DNA of 53,093 bases, the filler included, from Malassezia furfur (Eukaryota): the NCBI GenBank assembly GCA_052055015.1. It is 2 parts of 2 records of this genome, joined end to end, with 100 filler letters (N's around TTAATTAATTAA, not from the genome) between each part and the next. Parts side by side here need not be neighbours in the genome. Positions count along the whole stretch, not along the records: positions 26,620 to 53,093 come from JBQJIT010000125.1; 1 more part is not named here. The stretch is one strand, 5' to 3'. Each line of letters starts with the position of its first letter. Position 1 is the stretch's first letter. Shown here piece after piece: positions 35,570-45,092 of this stretch. Made by a program: the position numbers and the translations under genes. Below the pieces are notes generated by a model. The model had not been told where the DNA came from. It saw nothing but the letters and a program-made list of their open reading frames with translations, and searched no databases.

Positions 35570-36118
35570 GGTTGTATACAAGGCAGAGGGGATCAGAAAT
35601 GGCCCTAGCGTTCGATTAAATTTCCGTGGTGGATCCCTGCTAGAGAAGAAGGATCGTCGCGAACAGGTAAAAGGTCGCGGGTAGACGCTTGAATAAAACT
35701 TCGGAGAGCAAGTGTATTTGGGGAAAGCCAAACCAGATGCTCTGTGCCGTAAGTGACTCAAGTACGGTGGAAACATGCGCTTGCCGCAAGTTCCGTGCAC
35801 AAAGTGGCGTGGCGCTATCGGGAATTCTAGAAATTCTTCCTATCTGATCGGCCATCTGGCACGTCCGTGGAGACGCTTACTCATCCCCACGAGCATAGCA
35901 CGACATCGGTTGGTGGCTTGCTGCGCAATCCGCTCCTAAGCATCCATAGTACTCTGAAGTAATGCGAAGAAGCTCACTTGATTCATGATTTACATATTAT
36001 GGACTTCTCTTAGACGGTATCCTGCTTCCTCAAGAAGAGGATGCAATGACTTTTTTGGAAGCCAAAACTGGTATATTGCTAGGCTCATGCGGGGAAAGGA
36101 CCTCGACAGGTGCGGGAA

Positions 36119-37834
36119 TTATTCACCAGGCTCAGGCGCATGTGCTTGTACGAGGCGCCGAGCACGTTCCTCAGCAAGCTCGTCCTCTATCTCCTCTTCC
36201 GGCGTAGGGTGGCGAGACCGCTTTTCAAAAGTGGTCCGAGCCGTGCCATCGGAAAGCGTGTTGCGCACCGGAACGAGGCGGTAGTTGCCAAAGTAGGGCA
36301 AAATACCGTACCAAATCAGCCAGTAACCTGCTCCTCCTGCAAAGAAGCAAGACCCGATAAGAGGGGCAAGGTAGTAGGGGATTTCGCCGCGGTACTGATC
36401 ATATTGCCTTGACACAGGGGGTATCCAGGGAACCACGACCAGGAAAAGAGAGATGAGAGAGAACAGGATCGCAATTGCAAGTGTAGCGCGGAATGGTGGC
36501 CGCCAGCCCTTCAACCAGTTTGGCTTGAACCGCGACGAATCAGGGAGGTAGGTAAAGCAAAGTCCAAATCCCACACAGAAATTCACCACATTCAGGGGGT
36601 AGGAGGACAGATTCAGAACCAGGGTATAGGCTGATCCTTGCGGCGGTGCAATCATGAGGATCAACGTCATGAGTGTGTGCCAACCAATACCGGCCATGGG
36701 GGCGTTGAAGGGCAGGTTGGATGCAAACATCTTGGAGAAAGGAATCAGATTGTCCCGACCAAGAGCCTGGTTGAGACGACCCTGAGAAAAAACGACAGAA
36801 AACACGTTGGCCACCGCGGACAGCGCAACAAAGACGGACAATGCACGCGCGGATTGCTCTCCAAACATGTGTGCGAAGAAGTTGGCAGCAATGATTTGGT
36901 TGCTTTCCAAAATTTCTTCGCGAGGCACCGCTGCAAAGTAGGCCACCTGGGCAAGGACGTAGAGAATTGTCAGCGACACAATGGCCAGTGGACCGGCAAT
37001 CTTGAGTGTTCGTGTCGGGTTGCGTACTTCACCCAGCGCATAAAACAAGTTGGAGTAGCCCACGTAGCTCCACACAGCATTGTAAATGCATGAGGACACA
37101 TTGTAAACGCTGTTGTGCGTTCCAACAAACGCATTCTCGAAATTGTGGGGGTTAGGTCCTTTGTGATGCCCTGCGAGCGCAGCAAAGCCAGCGAAGACAA
37201 TCAGAAGCAAAATGACCACCTTAAAAACGCCCAGGGCATTCTGGAGCCACAGGCCGTACTTCATAAAGCACGAGTGCATAATAAAAGTGAACGCAAGAAT
37301 GCCGATACCAATTCCTTTAGGGTTCCATTCGTTGTCCGAATTCACTCCACCTGCACGCAGGAAGTACTGGCCAGCTGCATTGGCGTTACCAGCTGCTTGG
37401 CCAAGCAGAAGAGCCTGCGCTGCGTACATTGACGCCGTGAGATATTTCGGCTTGCGGAACACATAGGACACGTAATTCAGCTCGCCGCCATTTCGTGGAA
37501 GCGCCGTAGCAAACTCGGCATAGACTGCAAAGCCAATGCCAGCAATGAGACCGCCAACAACCCAGTAAATGAGACTAATGCCGACGCTGCCACCCTGTTG
37601 CAGGATCGTCGAGGTCGTGGAGAACACACCGGTACCGAGCATGCGGTTGACCATCAAAAAGATGGCAGATGCAATACCCACCTGGCGTCCCTGAGGGAGT
37701 TCTTTGTCGCCCACATGCTCGACATCATGGTCGTGGAGTTCGCCAATGCCGAGTTCTTCGCCCTCCAAATCGCTCTCAGCCAAGCTGGAATCGGATGCGC
37801 GTCTCTCAGACGCTGCTTCCCAAGACGTAACCAT
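36119..37834 (-). CDS. MUP1: High-affinity methionine permease (APC/LAT family)
   Basis: NRMLGTGVFST, YAEFATALPRNGGELNY, WSYVGYSN, GEVRNPTRTLK, RLNQALGR; about 12 hydrophobic segments. Confidence 0.8.
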   Translation of the reverse strand: MVTSWEAASERRASDSSLAESDLEGEELGIGELHDHDVEHVGDKELPQGRQVGIASAIFLMVNRMLGTGVFSTTSTILQQGGSVGISLIYWVVGGLIAGIGFAVYAEFATALPRNGGELNYVSYVFRKPKYLTASMYAAQALLLGQAAGNANAAGQYFLRAGGVNSDNEWNPKGIGIGILAFTFIMHSCFMKYGLWLQNALGVFKVVILLLIVFAGFAALAGHHKGPNPHNFENAFVGTHNSVYNVSSCIYNAVWSYVGYSNLFYALGEVRNPTRTLKIAGPLAIVSLTILYVLAQVAYFAAVPREEILESNQIIAANFFAHMFGEQSARALSVFVALSAVANVFSVVFSQGRLNQALGRDNLIPFSKMFASNLPFNAPMAGIGWHTLMTLILMIAPPQGSAYTLVLNLSSYPLNVVNFCVGFGLCFTYLPDSSRFKPNWLKGWRPPFRATLAIAILFSLISLFLVVVPWIPPVSRQYDQYRGEIPYYLAPLIGSCFFAGGAGYWLIWYGILPYFGNYRLVPVRNTLSDGTARTTFEKRSRHPTPEEEIEDELAEERARRLVQAHAPEPGE

Positions 37835-38563
37835 GGCTGCGGGAATATGTCGGGGTGAAGGACTGGCAGAGCCTTCTCAAGGTAATATACGAAGAAGTCC
37901 CGTTAGTTAAAAAGAAGACGACATCTTGCTCTTCTTCGGTGCTCTCACACTTGCGCAAGGGCCCGCAAAATTGTGCCGATGACGCCTACAATCACACCAT
38001 AATGGGTGGGAATTGGTAATTATTTTTGTGAAATTCTTCCAGATGCCAAGATGCCAGGACGGAGAAGCCCTAGAAAAAGATCGTGAAGGCAACGTGCACC
38101 AGTCGCCATATGGCAACATAGTATGGCGCGCAACGGATCTAAGTGAGGCTATATTAGCTGGGTATACAGTGAATAGCTATGGAGAAAGGGTTTCGAAGGG
38201 GAGGAAGGAGTATCGCGAAAGATTGCTCACATTGCAGTGCAAGATGCATTCACACTGTGACGAATGCGGACCGCGCAAAGACGAATTTCGGTACAGACAT
38301 TTCCGTTTCGACACGACGAGGGAGCCGAGTACGACGCCGGGACTGTGTCGGTCGCACGCGCGCGCGTATTTCCCATTAGGCATCAGGCGAGATTCCGCTG
38401 GCCAAATCGGGCGAGATTTTGAACCCGATACATATCACTGCGCAAATGCACGTGTACCCGCGACGCGCATGCCAATGCGCGTCGATCAACAGTGGTCAAT
38501 TCGCGCGGGTTGAACAAACTCACGGGGCCGTCCGCTTTCTTCTGGCGATACGCATCCATCGAT

Positions 38564-40492
38564 ATGAAGGTGTCGACGATTGCGGCGGCGCTCTTTGCGG
38601 GCCTGGTGGCGAGTAGTGAGTATGCTGCTGCGCGTGAGCCGCACATGGCGCACCATGGAATGCTCATGCGCCGCGCGCACAATGAAAGCCGTCATGGCCG
38701 GGAGTTTTGGAGCCACTCGAGCTCCTCGCAGGCGCACAAGACGCATGGCATGACCAAGTCGCATGGCGCGTCGAAGTCGCATGGCGCGTCGAAGTCGCAC
38801 AGCTCTGCCAAGTCGAGCGGCACGAGCTCGCCGCACCACAAGGGCCAGCCCGGCGACGACGTGCTTGTAGTCGAAACGCGTGAGGGCAAGGTGCGCGGCA
38901 CGTACAATGCCACTTCGGAGGTGTATTCGTGGCTCGGTGTGCCGTTCGGTCAGGACACGGGCGGCTCGAACCGGTATCTGGCGCCCAAGCCTGCGCAGAA
39001 ATACGGTGGCATCCGCGATGCGACACACTATGGCTGGAGCTGCCCGCAGCACGGCAGTCCCGAGTCGCGTGTCGCTGCGGGCCTGTTTGGTCTGAGTGTG
39101 GATGTGTTTGACTACTCGACGCAGGACGAAGACTGCCTGAATGTCAACATCCAGGTGGGCAAGAACCTCTGGAAGAAGTTCCAGGCGTCGAACGGCACGT
39201 ACCGGGCGCCCGTTTGGCTCAACTTTTACGGCGGCTCCTACGAGTGGGGCTCGAACCGCATTGAGCTGTACCATGCCGACAACATTGTGAGCAACGACGA
39301 CGTGGTGGTGGTCAGTGCCAACTTCCGCAACTGGATCTTTGGCTACCCCCTCTCGCCGCAGCTGCACCCCGACCGCAACCGGAACAACGACGAGTACACG
39401 GGCGGGAACCCTGGACTGAAGGACATTGATCTGGCGATCGAGTGGGTCCACAAGAACATTGCGCGCTTCGGCGGCAACCCTGACAGTATCACGATTGGCG
39501 GCACGAGCACCGGCGCGTGCAGTGTCGACAACTGGGCGTACGTGCACCACAACAAGCCCACGGCGAACCTGGTCAAGGGCATCATCCTGCAGAGCGGCTC
39601 GATGACCTCGCTCGGCCGCTACTTCCTCGCAAACAGCTCGGACCACTTTACCGAGTCAAGCAGCCCATGGAACCTGGTCGCCAACGAGGTGGGCTGTGGC
39701 ACGAGCAACAACCAGCGCCAATTCCGCTGCATGCAACACAAGCCGTGGCGCCAGATCATGGAGGCGACGTTCACGACGAACGCCAAGTTTATGCTGGCCG
39801 TTGACAACGTCACGACGTATGATGACTACTTTGAGCGCCTCGAGCAGCGCCGCTTTGTCGACATTCCTATGCTGATCGGCAACAACAAGGACGAAGGCAA
39901 TGCGTTCCTGATCCACCAGGCCGACCTCACCGACTTCGTCGGCCCGATCATCACGTCCGAGGTTTGGGTGTGCCCGGCGTCGGTCCAAGCGCACATGCGC
40001 GAGGGCGTGGCACCTACGTGGCGCTACCGCTTCAGCCCGTCGTTCTACATCCCGAATACGCCCAAAAAGTACCAGGAGCTACTCACCTACCACGGTAGTG
40101 ACACGGCGTACGCGTGGGGCTCCTGGCCGCCTCTGCGCTACATTCCGGTGAACGTGTCGAGTAGCGACCCGAACCCGCTGGTGACGTACCCGGTGCCGAC
40201 CGACAACAACTACGTGCGCGGCAAGATCGCCCAGGTGTACCGTGAGGCGAACGTGCAGTTTGTCAAGGACCCGTACAACGGCCTGTACAGCTTCCACGGC
40301 GGCTGGCCGGAGTACAAGAAGGGCACGCGCAGCATCGGTGACATTGGCTACCAGAACGACGTCAACCATCCGTTCCGCCTGACGGGCAGCTGGGACGTCG
40401 ACGGACTGTGCCCGCTCACCAACCAGGAAATCAACGCGAACAACCTCAAGTACAAGCCGGGCTTCGAAAAGGTCCGTTCGTACCTGGTCTAA
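38564..40492 (+). CDS. Secreted type-B carboxylesterase/lipase
   Basis: Signal peptide MKVSTIAAALFAGLVA; WLGVPF, EDCLNVNI, YGGSY, NIARFGGNPDSITIGGTSTG (nucleophile Ser), NNKDEG, YHGSD. Confidence 0.9.
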   Translation: MKVSTIAAALFAGLVASSEYAAAREPHMAHHGMLMRRAHNESRHGREFWSHSSSSQAHKTHGMTKSHGASKSHGASKSHSSAKSSGTSSPHHKGQPGDDVLVVETREGKVRGTYNATSEVYSWLGVPFGQDTGGSNRYLAPKPAQKYGGIRDATHYGWSCPQHGSPESRVAAGLFGLSVDVFDYSTQDEDCLNVNIQVGKNLWKKFQASNGTYRAPVWLNFYGGSYEWGSNRIELYHADNIVSNDDVVVVSANFRNWIFGYPLSPQLHPDRNRNNDEYTGGNPGLKDIDLAIEWVHKNIARFGGNPDSITIGGTSTGACSVDNWAYVHHNKPTANLVKGIILQSGSMTSLGRYFLANSSDHFTESSSPWNLVANEVGCGTSNNQRQFRCMQHKPWRQIMEATFTTNAKFMLAVDNVTTYDDYFERLEQRRFVDIPMLIGNNKDEGNAFLIHQADLTDFVGPIITSEVWVCPASVQAHMREGVAPTWRYRFSPSFYIPNTPKKYQELLTYHGSDTAYAWGSWPPLRYIPVNVSSSDPNPLVTYPVPTDNNYVRGKIAQVYREANVQFVKDPYNGLYSFHGGWPEYKKGTRSIGDIGYQNDVNHPFRLTGSWDVDGLCPLTNQEINANNLKYKPGFEKVRSYLV

Positions 40493-40834
40493 GGCCGCCC
40501 AATCGGGCCGGTCTCCACACTCGTTTCCGGGAGGTGCCCGCTGTATTGCTAATCGCCACACGGTGCGCTTTGTTGCGCAGCGCCCGTTTCGTAGAGCACC
40601 TTATCCCCCAGTCCCCCGCAACCCGTGTAGGAGCAAATCTGTAAGCATTGCAGTTTCTAGTCGCTAGGATCTAGTGCTATCTAACTAGATCAGATACTAG
40701 CAAGCAGTTTTGAGACGAAAGAAGACATCGGCACCAAGCACAAGCGTCACCAACCGACTTGCTTGCAAAAGGGCTACTTCGTACAATCCAGCAGAGAAAC
40801 GCGTAAACATCCCATGTGCAACTGGAGGACCCGT

Positions 40835-42111
40835 TTAGGGAGCGAAGAGCTGCTCGAAGAAGGCAGGCGACGTCGTCGTGCGCGGCGTCTTCGTGTCCTT
40901 CTTGAGCTTGCCGTCGCGGCGCTGAGCCTGCTGGCGCAGCTCGTTGCGGATCGAAGCCTGCGCGTAGGGGTTGAGGCGGAAGAGAACAGCGCGGTTGCGC
41001 AGAGGGTTCTTCTTCTGCGTGAAGGGGCGCTTGGTCTGCTTCGGGCCGGCCGGGCGAACGACGCTCTGGATCTCGTCCGAGTTGATCAGACGCGTCACGT
41101 CGGGCTGGCTGATCTTGGCAGTGGGCAGGCGGAAGCCCGACTTGACCTCCGACGCAGCGTCGTAGGTGCCAAAGATGGTGTCCAGCTGCTTGAACGCATC
41201 CTCGGTCCAGATCACAAAGCGGCCGAGGTGGCCACCGGGGGCGAGCTGGAGGAGGTTAAGGCTGTGCACGCTCGCGACCTCAACACCGGGGATGTTGCGG
41301 AAGGCCTTCACAATGCCGTTGTCCTCGTTGTAGATCACAAGAGGGCCGCGGCGCTGAGTGTGACGGCGGTTGCGCAGCTTGCCAACACCGGCGCGGATCT
41401 TGCGCGAGTTCGAGACCTTGATCACGTCGTTGTACGCGTTCAGGGCCTTGAGCACGGCAACCGCCTCCTTGGTCTTGGTGTACTTCTCGACCTCGCTCGA
41501 GACGATCAGGGGAACCTCCTCGATCTCCTCAATGCGGTGGCCACGAGCGAGCACCAGCGAAGGGAGAGCAGTGGCAGCGAGCGCCGAGGCAGTCGCGTAG
41601 CGGCGCTGGTTCTGGTTAGTCTTGATGAACCAGCGGCGCCAGACCTTGGTGGGGTTGAACATGTGACCGCCACGGGCCATGTTACCGAAGGCAGCCTGGC
41701 CGGAGCGGTGCGTACCACCACCGCCGACACGGGGGATACGGGCCACAGCACGACCGGTACCCCACGACTCAGCCGAGGTCTGGTGACCAGCCTTCGACGA
41801 GACGGCGTAGGGCTGACGCTTGTTCTTAGCGAGGTTAGCTGGAAAAGGTGTCAGTATCGTGTCCTCCAAGACGGCGGCGACATGCGGCACGAGTGTTGCA
41901 AGCGTAGAAATGTGCGTGTACAATCCACGGGTCGCCAAGCACATTTGTGTCACTCATGTGCACTCGCGCCGGCACGTCGATTTCAGTACGTACAGTGGAT
42001 AGCCTCGACGACATCCGGGCGGATAGGGGCAGTGAACACTGCCGGAAGAGGCAGCGAGCCCGTAGCCGCACCGTCAACTCCTCGAACGTTCACAGTAGGA
42101 CGAGCAGCCAT
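40835..42111 (-). CDS. RPL4: 60S ribosomal protein L4
   Basis: MAARPTV...APIRPDVV; 155-nt intron 41839-41993; [39 protein letters not shown]. Possible 32-nt 5'UTR intron at 42132-42163. Confidence 0.97.
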
Positions 42112-42450
42112 TCTGCAGACTTGAGGATGACCTGAGTGTAGGTTGAGGAAAACGTAAACTCACGCTCTCCGCCTAGGGAAGCCCAGCGCACGAGGGCAGA
42201 ACTTCTTAGTTCTCACGAGCACGTGATATGTATGAGTTTTGCGAAAGGGACCACGTGGTGTGGGGCCCAGGTCGGGTGGAGGTCATCGGTCTTCGCAAGA
42301 GCACGCAATAGCTGCAGCTCGGGGCCCAGGTCATGATGAGCAGGCTCGGGTTTAACCAAGCGCCGCGCGCGGCGCAAAGGCACGCCACTAAATTTTAGTT
42401 ATAAAGAACAGAAGCTGAACACCAACCGTCCAGCAAACCAAAAATCCATC

Positions 42451-43341
42451 ATGGCTACACAGATTGCCCACGCTGGAACGCAGCCCTCCGTGTACGCGGC
42501 GGATGGCGCCGATGTGGACACGCAGGTGAAGCGCATCATTGCCGACCTGCCCAACATCAACGAGAAGTTGCAGAACGCAAGCCCTGCTGAAATCTTGGCG
42601 TGGTCGATTGACAACCTGCCGAACCTATACCAGACCACCGCCTTCGGCTTGACGGGCTGTGTCACCCTTGACCTCATCTCGCGCCTGAGTACCGAGCGCG
42701 CCAAGGCCAAGGGCGAGGTGCCGCACCACCTTGTGCCGCTCATCTTTGTGGACACGCTGTACCACTTCCCGCAGACGCTCGACCTCGCCGAGCGTGCGGC
42801 GAAGCACTACAATGCGCCTATGTACGTCTACACCCCGGCCGGCACGCCCAATGTTAAGGAGTTTGAGAACCGATGGGGCGGTCAGCTTTGGGAGCGCGAC
42901 GAGGACACGTACGACTACCTTGTGAAGGTCGAGCCCGCGCGCCGTGCATACGATGAGCTCAAGGTCCGTGCCGTGTTCACAGGCCGCCGCCGCTCGCAGG
43001 GCGCCGACCGTGCTGCGCTGCCGGCAGTCGAGGTGGACGAGACGGGACTCATCAAGGTGAACCCGCTGCTGAACTGGTCGTTTGACGATGTGAACAAGTA
43101 CGTGAAGGAGAATGCCGTGCCGTACAATGAGCTGCTGGATCTCGGCTATAAGTCGGTCGGCGACTGGCACTCGACGTCGCTGCCGGCCAGCAAGGAGGCT
43201 GGTGAGCGCTCGGGTCGCTGGAGCGACAAGGCCGGTAAGACGGAGTGTGGCCTGCACAAGGACTACTTCAAGTTCAAGGTTCTTGCCGAAAAGAAGCTGC
43301 GTGAAGCAGAACTCAGCCGCCGCGACGATGCGCGCGCGTAA
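42451..43341 (+). CDS. MET16: PAPS reductase
   Basis: YQTTAFGLTG, IFVDTLYHF, YDYLVKVEP, TGRRRSQG, GYKSVGDWHST, ERSGRW, KTECGLH. Confidence 0.95.
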   Translation: MATQIAHAGTQPSVYAADGADVDTQVKRIIADLPNINEKLQNASPAEILAWSIDNLPNLYQTTAFGLTGCVTLDLISRLSTERAKAKGEVPHHLVPLIFVDTLYHFPQTLDLAERAAKHYNAPMYVYTPAGTPNVKEFENRWGGQLWERDEDTYDYLVKVEPARRAYDELKVRAVFTGRRRSQGADRAALPAVEVDETGLIKVNPLLNWSFDDVNKYVKENAVPYNELLDLGYKSVGDWHSTSLPASKEAGERSGRWSDKAGKTECGLHKDYFKFKVLAEKKLREAELSRRDDARA

Positions 43342-43558
43342 TGCACGCCTACGTAGGGCGCCCACTGTACTATAGTAATTTAATTTCCACCGATGAAGTA
43401 AATCCGCCCTGGAACGTGAAGTTGGGCCGCCCGGCACGCGCCGAAATTGTGGAGGGCCGCGACTCCGCTCATAGGCTATCTAATCTACGGAGAACATACA
43501 CGCACGGATCGCGCGCACGGTGGAGTGCACACGGCCTAGCGTACATGCTGGTACCACC

Positions 43559-45051
43559 ATGACTCGGCGCGTGTTCGTGGGAGGCATCGTAACGTCCAAG
43601 AGCATTTCAGAGCTCCAGGTCATCGAGCATGGGATCCTAGGCGTGGATGCAAACGGCGTCATTGCCTTTATCGAGGACCTGGAGAAGCTCGCAACCGACG
43701 TTGCGGCTTATCTCAAGACGCACGGTTGGGAACAAGGCACCGAGGTCGTGCAGCTTGAAGATGGGTCGTTTGTGTGCCCTGGATTCATTGATACCCACAC
43801 GGTACGTGCCTCGCCCAGCTGACGCCATGTAGCACGCGCCGCAACTTGTGCGTTCACGAGGCTGACCTTGCAGGCAAACACCGGGCGCGGCATGCAGCTG
43901 CAGCTGCTCGACTGGCTCGAGGAGCTCACGTTCCCCGAAGAGTCCAAGTTCCAGGACGTGGAGTACGCCAAGGCAATGTACGCAAGTGCAGTCGATCGTT
44001 ACTTGCGGTCCGGCACGACGACGGCGTGCATCTATGCGACGTTGCACCTGGAGGGTAGGTGGTGCCTCACTAACGCAACCAGCTACCAAGGTGCTTGCCG
44101 ACATCTGCCATGCGCGCGGCTTCCGAGCGTTTGTCGGCCGGTGCCAAATGGACCGCAATTCGCCGGCCATCTGCGTGGAAGCCAGCGCGAGCGAGTCGTG
44201 TGAGCACACCGTGCAGTTGATCCACCACTGCCGGGAGCTCGCTGGGAAGGACGAAGCGCCGCTCGTACAGCCCATCCTGACCCCGCGCTTCGCCATTAGC
44301 TGCTCGTCGGAACTGCTCGCCGGCATTGGCGAGCTCGCCAAAGCGTACCCCGACAGTGCGTGGCCTACTGCTGACCCTAGTCCCTTTGCAGACGCACATT
44401 TGCGAGAACAAGCGCGAGATTGAGGCGACGCGCAACTTGTTCCCCGAGCGCAGCTCGTACGCGGACGTGTACGACCACTATGGGCTGCTCAACGAGCGCA
44501 TGATCTTGGCGCATGCCATTCATTTGAGCGACGCCGAGATCCGGCTGCTGCTCGAGCGCCGATGTGGGCTGTCGCATTGCCCAACGAGCAACATGAACCT
44601 GAACAGCGGTCTCTTCCGCCTGATGGACCTCGCGAAGCGTGGCATTAAGATCGGGCTCGGCTCCGACATCTCGGGCGGGTACGCCGTGGGCCTGTTGCCA
44701 GTGCTGCGCGAGGCCAGCACCATCACGCGCGTGCTGGCCATGCAGGATCCCGCGCAGGCGCCGGCGCCGCTCGAGGCGCTCTACTTCTTTGCGACACTCG
44801 GCGGCGCACAGGTGTGTGGGCTGGAGAAGCGGGTGGGCATGTTGGCGCCCGGCTACGAGTTCGACGCGCTGGTCGTCCGCACCTCCGCCCGTGCGGGCGA
44901 CGCGCCCGTGAACCCCAACCTGTTTGTGCGCGAGCAAGAACCGCTGGCGTCCCTGTTTGAAAAGTGGCTGTTCTGCGGCGACGACCGCAACATTGCCACG
45001 GTGTATGTCCGCGGCCGCCCGGTGTGTGGTGCGGTGCCAGGACGTGCGTGA
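43559..45051 (+). CDS. GUD1: Guanine deaminase
   Basis: PGFIDTHTHAPQ assembled across a 15-nt exon, LLDWLEELTFPEE, TPRFAISC, QTHICEN, LAHAIHL, HCPTSN, GLGSD, GDDRNI. Introns 43802-43832, 43848-43873, 44055-44082, 44356-44380. Confidence 0.92.
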
Positions 45052-45092
45052 ACATGCAGAGGTCTTACTTTTTTTTTTTTTCTTCTTGTCTT

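Noticed and set aside
38013..38513. 166-aa + strand ORF between MUP1 and the esterase
   Set aside because: No ATG at the called start, no recognisable domain, and it lies in a divergent promoter region.
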